Origin: an uncultured Roseivirgaceae bacterium
GTDB lineage: Bacteria; Bacteroidota; Bacteroidia; Cytophagales; Cyclobacteriaceae
Direction of reading: 5' to 3'
DNA: 49,044 bases
NCBI GenBank assembly: GCA_964351175.1
Contig: CAYGNU010000001.1
Location: 1 to 49,044, forward strand
Shown here: positions 20,274-27,409 of the stretch, one piece after another
Layout: each line of letters begins with the position of its first letter
Position numbering within the stretch: position 1 is the stretch's first letter
Notes under the pieces: generated by a model
Databases searched by the model: none
What the model was told of the DNA's origin: nothing
Seen by the model: only the letters and a program-made list of their open reading frames with translations
Made by a program: the position numbers and the translations under genes

Positions 20274-20465
20274 TTAAAAAAAAGTCTTTACCCCTGTATG
20301 GATGTTTTGCTTGCCTATAACCTTATAACAGTCTAAATAATAGTCACCAATTACTTTATCATGAACTAGTATTCTGCTTTTTTTATCAGAAGTTATCGCT
20401 CTGTGTGATTTATCTGATTTATGATATTGCTTTGCAAATTGTTGGGCTTTTCTAGTAAGATTCAT
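20274..20465 (-). CDS. Hypothetical protein
   Basis: Likely start MNLTRK at 20465, downstream of the motif at 20497-20514. Confidence 0.55.
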   Translation of the reverse strand: MNLTRKAQQFAKQYHKSDKSHRAITSDKKSRILVHDKVIGDYYLDCYKVIGKQNIHTGVKTFF

Positions 20466-20496
20466 TTTCGTTTCCTTTTCGTTTCCTTTAATATAT

Positions 20497-20514
20497 GGTA
20501 AAAGTAATATTACC
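20497..20514 (-). promoter_or_regulatory. GGTAA-N8-TTACC palindrome / TACTTTTA promoter element
   Basis: ggtaaaagtaatattacc. Confidence 0.55.
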
Positions 20515-20561
20515 CAACCATAAAACAAAACAATAAACAATATATTTTTTAATATATAAAT

Positions 20562-20595
20562 AAAAACCCCTTTATCGTTTTAAATAAAGGGGTTT
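20562..20595 (-). terminator. Intrinsic terminator
   Basis: aaacccctttat/ataaaggggttt stem. Confidence 0.7.
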
Positions 20596-20610
20596 CCAGA
20601 TGGTTAATGG

Positions 20611-20961
20611 TTATATATTCGATGCAAATTTTGTGAGATAACCATAAGGAGGTGCTCGTCCGCCCCTGATTAGTTGTTTATCCCTGACATAAAGCCTTGC
20701 AAAATAGGCCGGCTCAGGATAAACCCCAACGACCACTTCATTAACACTTTCAGGAATAATTCCAACGTAACCAAGAAAATGAATCTTTATTGCGGCTGCA
20801 TCCGTTACAAATGCAACCAAATCAACAGATTCATTCTTTAAGTCAAAAGAACAGTCCTTATCATAATCCACTGATTCGATGACATGAGTATTTGCAAGAC
20901 TCACGACCGATAGAAGCATTAAAAGCAAACTACCGATAATCATGTGTTTATAATTAGACAT
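20611..20961 (-). CDS. Signal-peptide protein with a near-C-terminal RAPP motif
   Basis: Hydrophobic leader ending SLA; IRGGRAPP followed by 11 residues. Confidence 0.6.
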   Translation of the reverse strand: MSNYKHMIIGSLLLMLLSVVSLANTHVIESVDYDKDCSFDLKNESVDLVAFVTDAAAIKIHFLGYVGIIPESVNEVVVGVYPEPAYFARLYVRDKQLIRGGRAPPYGYLTKFASNI

Positions 20962-21115
20962 AAGTAAATGTAAGGTCTAAAAAACCCAATTCCAAAGTAT
21001 TTTTATCGGAATGCTTATTATTTGGAACATCCAATATCCTAACACCCAAACAGCTAGAGCGAGTAAAAAATAGAATATTGTTTTTACTAGAATTAAGAAT
21101 AGATTTTTCATATTA

Positions 21116-22657
21116 TCAGTTAATTGTGATTCCTCCTTGCTTTGGTATTAAATCGAAGTATTTCCTCATAAGGATGTTATCCCCGTAATCAGGCGACCTC
21201 CCGTTTAAGTACTCTTTTTGAATGTCTTTGTCTTGTATTTTCAGCTTTCCTTCGTTTGTTCTTTCAGCCCTTTTGTAACTTCTTAAATCTTGTTTTATCA
21301 AATCTTTAATATCAACAACCTGACCCCCGACTTTTACTTTTGTGCTTCTTATATTTTCAACCATGCAAAGTTCTGAATGAACATTGATTCTGATATCGCC
21401 TGTGTTAATGTTTTCTTCTGCAACCTTGTAAGCGCATTGAGTTTTTAGATTGTGATAATTTTCAACTCGTTGTTCTTTGTGTGAACGTGGTTGTCCTGCC
21501 TCCCTTTTTTCTTTTAATGGCTTTGCCCCACCACTGAAACCCCTATATCCTCCAAGCTTAACAGTTCCACCCCCGACACCATCTTGGTCGACTAAGACGT
21601 TAAATTTTGGAATTCCGTAACGTGCTCGAAGTGCTTCGGCTGAATTGACAATATCTTGAGCCTCTGTTTTGTACATGGTCACAATAAAAACAACTTCCCA
21701 ACCCTGCCAAACAAACAAGACAGTAAAATCTCGACCGAACCGGCTTGCATCAATCGTGATATACCTGCCTGTCTTGCTTTGTGGTCTATTATCATGGATG
21801 TTCTCTATACCCATGTAATCAAACAACATTAAGCCGTCAAGCCTTATTTTCCAGTTACCATCTAAAAGCCTTTTTTTCTCTTCCTCCTCTAGTGCTAAAA
21901 GGTTTCCAAGATATTGAGGGTTCTTTTTTAATAATTCTTGATTGTCTTGAATTTTACCGCTTATGAATGTGACGCTTTTTACTAAATCTTTAAGCTCAAT
22001 TCCTTTTACTGCTTCATTTTCGAATATATGAGGGGCTTTTGATATAACTTCATCAACGCTGTCGCCCCATATAGCATCACCTCCATCGGTTGTCATGTAA
22101 CGCAAAACACCGTCTCGCTCAGGTATTGGAAAGCCTGTTTTCTGGTCAATCCACCAACTAATGAAATAAGAAACCCAACTATCAGGATCAGGATTACAAG
22201 TTGCTCGGATGTATGGTGGAACACCACTTGTCGACCTGTTACGGCTTAACATATAAAAGAACATCCTCTTTGTGAAGTGAGTTAATTCATCAAACATTAT
22301 AAGAGGAATTTCTGAGCCTTGAAAATCTATGATGTTTTTTTCGTGCTGTAAGTGTCGGAAACTAACTTTCATTCCGCTTGGAAATTTCCAAGCCTTGTCG
22401 CTTTCGTTTGCCCTGCCATTAAGCAACGGATAAATTTCTTTGCTGCTATCCCAAAGACCACCCTCTAGAGTTATTTGTGGGAACGTACGTCTGAAAATAA
22501 CGCAACCAAAATCACGATTATCATGATGTCGCAATGGTTCAAGTAATTCACAAAATGTTTTCCCGACACCGGCTGCTCCTCCTCCTATTGCGATGTCTGC
22601 TGTCGTTGATAGGAACTTTTCTTGAAATCCTGCTTGTGGTTTTAGATTAATCATCAA
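21116..22657 (-). CDS. terL: Terminase large subunit
   Basis: Walker A GGAAGVGKT, Walker B FDELTHF, ATCNP, nuclease IDASRFGRD and SPDYGD. Confidence 0.95.
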   Translation of the reverse strand: MMINLKPQAGFQEKFLSTTADIAIGGGAAGVGKTFCELLEPLRHHDNRDFGCVIFRRTFPQITLEGGLWDSSKEIYPLLNGRANESDKAWKFPSGMKVSFRHLQHEKNIIDFQGSEIPLIMFDELTHFTKRMFFYMLSRNRSTSGVPPYIRATCNPDPDSWVSYFISWWIDQKTGFPIPERDGVLRYMTTDGGDAIWGDSVDEVISKAPHIFENEAVKGIELKDLVKSVTFISGKIQDNQELLKKNPQYLGNLLALEEEEKKRLLDGNWKIRLDGLMLFDYMGIENIHDNRPQSKTGRYITIDASRFGRDFTVLFVWQGWEVVFIVTMYKTEAQDIVNSAEALRARYGIPKFNVLVDQDGVGGGTVKLGGYRGFSGGAKPLKEKREAGQPRSHKEQRVENYHNLKTQCAYKVAEENINTGDIRINVHSELCMVENIRSTKVKVGGQVVDIKDLIKQDLRSYKRAERTNEGKLKIQDKDIQKEYLNGRSPDYGDNILMRKYFDLIPKQGGITIN

Positions 22658-23043
22658 CTAAAGTTTTCCTTCATCCATCGTTTTGTTTCAACAATGGACA
22701 TTCCAGTTTCTTTTGATACAAGATAGCAAGGAATTTTTCTTTTACCGTTTTTCCATTCCTTTATCGCTTCTTCAATGTTGTTATGAGGTAACCTTTTCAG
22801 CTTTCTTAAAGACATAATTACAAAGCCCCTTTTTAAGCCGAATTCTTCTGCGTCCTTTAAAATATAAGTAACTAACCTAAAACTCTGTCGATCTGTCATT
22901 GATTGCTTGACGGGGTTGAAATCCTTTAATACAAGCACATCACCAACAGAGTATTCCCTATCATCCAACCTTAACTCAAAGCCCTTGTCTTCGCTTTCAA
23001 CTTTATTGAAATATTTCGTGTGAGTTTTTATATAATGTACCAT
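22654..23043 (-). CDS. DUF3850/ASCH-like protein
   Basis: HYIK...YF..V....K.FELRLDDREYSVGDVLVL. Confidence 0.8.
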   Translation of the reverse strand: MVHYIKTHTKYFNKVESEDKGFELRLDDREYSVGDVLVLKDFNPVKQSMTDRQSFRLVTYILKDAEEFGLKRGFVIMSLRKLKRLPHNNIEEAIKEWKNGKRKIPCYLVSKETGMSIVETKRWMKENFS

Positions 23044-23168
23044 AATTCAAGACCTATTATTTTGAATACCATTAAAACTATGATTATAATTGATATGATA
23101 AAAAAGGGGATTCCGTGAATTGGATTAGTGGTTACAACCTGCCAAAATAACCTCAAGACATTTTTCAT
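23028..23168 (-). CDS. Small single-TM protein
   Basis: Likely start MKNVLRL overlapping the upstream stop (ATGA); one long hydrophobic segment. Confidence 0.45.
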   Translation of the reverse strand: MKNVLRLFWQVVTTNPIHGIPFFIISIIIIVLMVFKIIGLELWYII

Positions 23169-23527
23169 GATGTTTTGTTGGCTAAATACTTTATTAACCA
23201 GTAACCCCACAAAATAACAGAAAGAAACAAGCAAAGAATGCAAACAATTATAGTCATTAAAACTATTCCGAAAATACCTCCTTTATCTATGTGATAATCC
23301 TCTTTACTATCAGCCCAATATGCTTCAGCGCAATGATTTTCTCCATCAACAGGATAAAAAGTTGTATCGATAATCCAATTGATTATTTTCCAATACAGGT
23401 TTTTTCTATCTTTATAACCAACACGAGCAGAAATTGAAACAGAAGGATTCCCTCCGCTTATTGCGTTTCCCAATTGACTAAGAGCAATTAGCAGCCTGCC
23501 AAAATAAGATGAATTATAATCAGTCAT
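23165..23527 (-). CDS. Lysin-adjacent membrane protein
   Basis: LIALSQLGNAISGGNPSVSISARVG...HC motif plus a C-terminal TM. Confidence 0.6.
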   Translation of the reverse strand: MTDYNSSYFGRLLIALSQLGNAISGGNPSVSISARVGYKDRKNLYWKIINWIIDTTFYPVDGENHCAEAYWADSKEDYHIDKGGIFGIVLMTIIVCILCLFLSVILWGYWLIKYLANKTS

Positions 23528-24050
23528 TGAATGTTAATTTAGATATGAAATATTCCCATTTAAAACCAAATCCTGGATCGAACTTTCTTTCAGGGCTTAA
23601 ATCGCTGTGTCTTACGACTTTTTTAATTCCGTAAAAATCGATTATCCCTTGACACATTTTGATAAGTTCTGGATATTGAATAAGTGTGACCCAATCTGTT
23701 TTGATTTTCTTTAGAAATTCATCGTAATCATAAGTTCCTTTTACGAGTACTTCTATTCCGATTGAGTTTGTGTTGTATCCTTTAGCGTGCCAACATATTT
23801 CTCTCGTGCTCCTTTGCTTTGTAAAAGATCCATCAGGATGTTCAAGAAAATGACATGAAAGACGTAATAATTTAAGCCACTCATGAGCAGGATATACGCC
23901 TGCTTTTATAACACGTATTACAATTCCTTTTGAATTCTTTATTTCCAGATCTTTTCTTAATCTAACGTTTTCAGCCATAGCATGAATCACTATCATTTCA
24001 GGCTTTTGCGCCCCCCCTCCGATGTAGGTATAATCTTCTAAAACTTTCAT
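23520..24050 (-). CDS. Endolysin, N-acetylmuramoyl-L-alanine amidase (Amidase_2)
   Basis: IVIHAM, SCHF, WHAKGYNTNSIGIEV, VRHSDLSPERKFDPG. Confidence 0.9.
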   Translation of the reverse strand: MKVLEDYTYIGGGAQKPEMIVIHAMAENVRLRKDLEIKNSKGIVIRVIKAGVYPAHEWLKLLRLSCHFLEHPDGSFTKQRSTREICWHAKGYNTNSIGIEVLVKGTYDYDEFLKKIKTDWVTLIQYPELIKMCQGIIDFYGIKKVVRHSDLSPERKFDPGFGFKWEYFISKLTFND

Positions 24051-24114
24051 TATAGTAATTTAAGCAATTAAATTAATGATTTTTAATAACGATGTTTAAG
24101 TTAGTATTTCAACA

Positions 24115-24166
24115 CGATAACACTCAATAAAAGGCATTAAAACGTCCTTTTGTTTTGGTGTTGTAG
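24115..24166 (+). other. attC-like site 1 (52 bp)
   Basis: CGATAAC...GTTGTAG; aacac/gtgtt and aaaagg/cctttt pairing; loop cattaaaacgt. Confidence 0.75.
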
Positions 24167-24190
24167 TGCATTAAAACGTCCGCTTCGCCA

Positions 24191-24394
24191 CTACAACACG
24201 TAATATAAAACATAAAATTATTCACCTTGTTCGGTTCTTAGAGGGCTTAGGTATTTACCATACACCGCCATTAATTTATCCTTTATACTATTGCGTTCTT
24301 CGTTGTTCAGTAATCCTAAACCATCTAATTGCCTCCACGCTGTAATGGCTTTTAATGCTTTCAACTTTTGTTTTTCTTTATCCATAAGTTGTAG
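24191..24394 (+). other. attC-like site 2 (long, weak arms, ORF inside loop)
   Basis: CTACAAC...GTTGTAG; both cores pair with the neighbouring sites; inner arms only A-rich/T-rich. Confidence 0.55.
24218..24385 (-). CDS. 55-aa hypothetical protein inside attC-like site 2
   Basis: MDKEKQKLKALKAITAWRQLDGLGLLNNEERNSIKDKLMAVYGKYLSPLRTEQGE; below the ORF-track cutoff. Confidence 0.6.
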   Translation of the reverse strand: MDKEKQKLKALKAITAWRQLDGLGLLNNEERNSIKDKLMAVYGKYLSPLRTEQGE

Positions 24395-24399
24395 GGCAT

Positions 24400-24537
24400 T
24401 TAATTCCCTATGTTGTACCTAGTCCAGTTGCCGAACTCTTTGTTTATATCTTCAATCAATCCTTGTTTTGTTGTTGATCGGCTGTAAATTGAGCCAATGA
24501 AACTATCTCCGTTATACACTTCTAATTTTGTCCACAT
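24400..24537 (-). CDS. 45-aa hypothetical cassette protein
   Basis: MWTKLEVYNGDSFIGSIYSRSTTKQGLIEDINKEFGNWTRYNIGN; fills the space between sites 2 and 3. Confidence 0.6.
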   Translation of the reverse strand: MWTKLEVYNGDSFIGSIYSRSTTKQGLIEDINKEFGNWTRYNIGN

Positions 24538-24549
24538 AATCAAAACGCC

Positions 24550-24646
24550 CCACAACAAACGCTATCAATGAATCGGGCTTATTAAATTCAGTGATAGTTT
24601 CGGGATTACTCAGGATTGCCCGACTCCTGATAGCTGATCGTTATGC
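24550..24646 (+). other. attC-like site 3 (97 bp)
   Basis: CCACAAC aaac gctatca..tcgggc / gcccga..tgatagc tgatc GTTATGC. Confidence 0.85.
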
Positions 24647-24874
24647 CTTATGTATTTTATCATATTGGCAATTGATAGTCCTGCAAGGTGAAGTCTTAGT
24701 TGAGCAATCGCCACAAGGCATAACACCATGTATGACGCTATTTTTATTTACTAAGTCTTCTATTTCATCGGCTATGTCCTTAATGTAGCCGTTTGGTATT
24801 ACCTGAATCAATCTGCCTTCATGAGACATTGTTTCAGTATATTTTAGTAGTAGTCTTACTATATGCTTATTCAT
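24641..24874 (-). CDS. 77-aa cassette protein with Cys-rich tail
   Basis: Starts in the loop of site 4 and reads through its left arm; its TAA is the TTA of the site-3 GTTA core. Confidence 0.65.
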   Translation of the reverse strand: MNKHIVRLLLKYTETMSHEGRLIQVIPNGYIKDIADEIEDLVNKNSVIHGVMPCGDCSTKTSPCRTINCQYDKIHKA

Positions 24875-24928
24875 AAGTTCTGCTGTTTAAATCGTAAATA
24901 AAACCATCGCATACACTTGTCATTAGAG
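24718..24928 (+). other. attC-like site 4 (right core GTT>ATT)
   Basis: GCATAAC acca tgtatg..ttttatttac / gtaaataaaa..cataca cttgtc ATTAGAG. Confidence 0.7.
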
Positions 24929-25087
24929 TTCATATTTTGGGCTGCTGCGTTTTCTTCGTTTGTTGAACTTTCCTGCACTTACACCATTACAGTTGGCTTA
25001 ATAATCTCACTTCCGTAATACAGCGATGTTTCATCAATAGCTCTATGAATCACTCCACCAGTTTACCTCCTTCGAGTACGCCCAAAA

Positions 25088-25139
25088 CACTAACATTATT
25101 TAAAATGCATTAAAACGTCCTTTTGTTTTGGTGTTAGGC
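25088..25139 (+). other. attC-like site 5 (52 bp, apparently chimeric)
   Basis: CACTAAC...GTTAGGC; 25107-25135 is identical to 24134-24162. Confidence 0.75.
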
Positions 25140-25184
25140 GAAAGCACTACCAGACTGCTAATCCGATAGTGCATTGCTTTTAAT

Positions 25185-25802
25185 TTACTTTTTAATATAG
25201 TACTTAAAAACCGACTTTAATTGTTTGGGGTCTTTAAGAATACTATAATAACATTCATTATTACCCTCAATATAATCAAGGTTTCGGCTTTCCGCTTCCT
25301 CTTTTGTAATTGGAACTCGAACTACATCAATGTAAAATCTTTTCGGCTTAAATGGTAGTTTTACAAATTGACTACTACCAATCAATTCAAAATCTTTATC
25401 ATCAATATAAACTCTACCAGTAAATGTGTCCCAATCTTCTTTTCCTTTCCAAATAATCGCATCCAAATAATAAGGTGGATTTTTTGAGTTCTTGTCTTGA
25501 AATAATGCTGAACATCTTTTGTTTTGATAATAAGGCTCACTGCCATCTCCCATAGCGGAAACATCACTCCATTCGCTTTCGTGTCCAGTTACATCACAAA
25601 TAGGTTCTTGTAGTAACAATTTTTTAACTGCTTGTGAAATTGTAGAAGCTGTGTAAGGTGCTGAACCACCACTTTGTCCACTATTGCCAAATGCTTCACA
25701 TAAGGCAAGGATTTCTTTTGCGAAAGGAGTTACAATCGCATCGGGGACTGTTGCTGCAAGAATATCTAGCTCTTGCTTTGCAAATTTTTGTGTATTTGTC
25801 AT
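25185..25802 (-). CDS. Conserved-looking phage hypothetical protein (cassette cargo)
   Basis: Likely start MTNTQKF; FGNSGQSGGSAPY and YYQNKRCSALF motifs. Confidence 0.75.
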   Translation of the reverse strand: MTNTQKFAKQELDILAATVPDAIVTPFAKEILALCEAFGNSGQSGGSAPYTASTISQAVKKLLLQEPICDVTGHESEWSDVSAMGDGSEPYYQNKRCSALFQDKNSKNPPYYLDAIIWKGKEDWDTFTGRVYIDDKDFELIGSSQFVKLPFKPKRFYIDVVRVPITKEEAESRNLDYIEGNNECYYSILKDPKQLKSVFKYYIKK

Positions 25803-25866
25803 ATTATATATGCGGTTCGCCTTTACACCACAAGGTTCTAAATTTCTACTTTTAATCCGTGCCATC

Positions 25867-25960
25867 GCCTAACACCCAATAAAAAACAGGCTTTAGGAGT
25901 GTGGTGTCTTTGTTCCGAGCTTAGCCTGTAAAGCCCGATTTTTTATTTTCAACGTTAGCG
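25867..25960 (+). other. attC-like site 6 (94 bp)
   Basis: GCCTAAC accc aataaaaaa..ggcttt / aaagcc..ttttttatt ttcaac GTTAGCG. Confidence 0.85.
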
Positions 25961-26283
25961 TTCATTTGCCAACTCTCTCTTAATTCTAATCCTAAGTGAG
26001 CCAAATCACCAATAGTTTTAAACTGATGCAATGCTACTGTTTTATATTTTTTAGAAATATCAGAAACCCATCGCATTCCAATATATCTATCATCTTCAGT
26101 GTATCTCCAATCTCCATCAAACAACACTTTTTCTTCACTTAATGAATTTGAGCATATAAACATTTCTAGTTTTAAAGGTTGCTTTAGAAATTCAGAGTAA
26201 TCCCTTAATTTTTTTAGTTGTTCAACTGCACAACCAGTTTCTATGTTTTCAGAAAGAAATTCATTTAATGTTTTTAGTTTCAT
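25921..26283 (-). CDS. Hypothetical cassette protein
   Basis: Likely start MKLKTLNEF; YSEFLKQPLKLEMFI motif; stop lies inside site 6. Confidence 0.7.
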   Translation of the reverse strand: MKLKTLNEFLSENIETGCAVEQLKKLRDYSEFLKQPLKLEMFICSNSLSEEKVLFDGDWRYTEDDRYIGMRWVSDISKKYKTVALHQFKTIGDLAHLGLELRESWQMNANVENKKSGFTG

Positions 26284-26322
26284 GATGTTATTGTTGTTTA
26301 CTGCCAACGCTACAAAAAGAAA

Positions 26323-26384
26323 CGCTAACAAGGTTTAAAATTCATTCCGCTTTGCTCCACGAAATTTTACACTAATCGTTAGGC
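26323..26384 (+). other. attC-like site 7 (62 bp)
   Basis: CGCTAAC aaggtttaaaatt..ccgctttgct..aattttacactaatc GTTAGGC; loop resembles the CGCTTCGC loop of classical attC. Confidence 0.85.
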
Positions 26385-26668
26385 TTCATATTACCTTCAA
26401 TCATCTCAGTTAGCTTATCTGCTCCTGTCCACATCATCATAAATTCACGCTCGGTATATCCTTTGCTTAGACAGTATTCTCTTATGTACACCTCAATCTT
26501 TTCCTTATCAGGCAACGAAAGCCTAATATCCGATGTAGGTAAATTTTCAGCCTTAGTAAGTGCTATTAATTTATCCTCTAACCATTCTGAATAGTTAGTG
26601 ATGTTTTCGTTCATTTCAGAAAGTCCGTGCTCTGATTTGAACTCTTCTTTTAATTCTTTTCCATTCAT
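26372..26668 (-). CDS. Hypothetical cassette protein
   Basis: 98 aa; reads through partial site 8; stop in the right arm of site 7. Confidence 0.65.
   Translation of the reverse strand: MNGKELKEEFKSEHGLSEMNENITNYSEWLEDKLIALTKAENLPTSDIRLSLPDKEKIEVYIREYCLSKGYTEREFMMMWTGADKLTEMIEGNMKPND
26521..26545 (+). other. Partial attC-like site 8 (left arm only, AAC>AAT)
   Basis: aagcctaat pairs with gttaggctt of site 7; no right arm found. Confidence 0.45.
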
Positions 26669-27177
26669 AATCTTTCATCGTTTAAGCAGGATGAATTTAA
26701 AGGCGATTTAGGTTTTGGCCTCCAATGAGTAGGATTAAAATCTTTGCCTTGTTCACATTTCCATTCAGCATGAGTGTGATAATGGTCTTGCTCATTGTTC
26801 CATTTAGCACTAGTCCAATTTCCATCACCATCAGGAAAGCAAATTCTTATTCCATCAGGATTAAAATCTTCGTCAATCCATTTTTCATTATAACCCAACA
26901 CCTCTTCGTATTCTGGAATTCTTTCTGATACAAGAATCCACTCAAATTCTGACGTTAACTCTAAATTAAACGCCTGCTCGATTATACCGGCTGCATCTTT
27001 AGGTTCTACGTTTTTAGAAAACAGCTTGTTCAGCCACTTATTAAGCAATCCTTCGTTAACATTAACCCAAACCTCGTTCTCATTATAAAAACGTTCTGTC
27101 ATGGCGTCAACTACTTTGTCAGCCCAATAATCAAAACCATCATCGGGAGGGGTGAAATATTTATCTTGATTACTCAT
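26665..27177 (-). CDS. DUF551-like protein
   Basis: Likely start MSNQDKY; EWILVSERIPE...PTHWRPKPKSP. Confidence 0.7.
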   Translation of the reverse strand: MSNQDKYFTPPDDGFDYWADKVVDAMTERFYNENEVWVNVNEGLLNKWLNKLFSKNVEPKDAAGIIEQAFNLELTSEFEWILVSERIPEYEEVLGYNEKWIDEDFNPDGIRICFPDGDGNWTSAKWNNEQDHYHTHAEWKCEQGKDFNPTHWRPKPKSPLNSSCLNDERL

Positions 27178-27211
27178 GGCGTTATTGGGTAAATTGTTGC
27201 TTTGTACTGTT

Positions 27212-27409
27212 TCATGATTTGAATAAACGCCTTCTATTACTGTGCGCTGATTCATTTTTGAAAAATCTTTGATCTTCAATTGAGTTTCCGACTTCCATCT
27301 TTGTTAATTTTTCATGGTAGTCCACCAATCTCATCAGATAGACACATATAGATATTGGCAAATTACTATCTGATATATGACTTTTTAAGTCTTTAAAATT
27401 TGGTTTCAT
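27212..27409 (-). CDS. Hypothetical protein
   Basis: 65 aa, ATGA-coupled to the upstream gene. Confidence 0.5.
   Translation of the reverse strand: MKPNFKDLKSHISDSNLPISICVYLMRLVDYHEKLTKMEVGNSIEDQRFFKNESAHSNRRRLFKS

Larger units (their letters stand above)
24115..26545 (+). mobile_element. Integron-like gene-cassette array without an integrase (CALIN-like): 7 complete + 1 partial attC-like sites
   Basis: Repeated ...AAC-[stem]-GTT... hairpins; each GTT flank is complementary to the following AAC flank. Confidence 0.8.

Noticed and set aside
24591-24788. Plus-strand ORF as canonical cassette cargo
   Set aside because: It spans two attC-like sites, overlaps the better minus-strand ORF and has no recognisable features.
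25060-25090. tRNA fragment (ttcgagt)
   Set aside because: No cloverleaf or T-stem pairing.
24115-26545. CRISPR array or plain terminators
   Set aside because: Repeats are not identical and spacing is irregular (24 to ~730 nt) with genes between them. The hairpins lack U-tracts and show cross-site core pairing.
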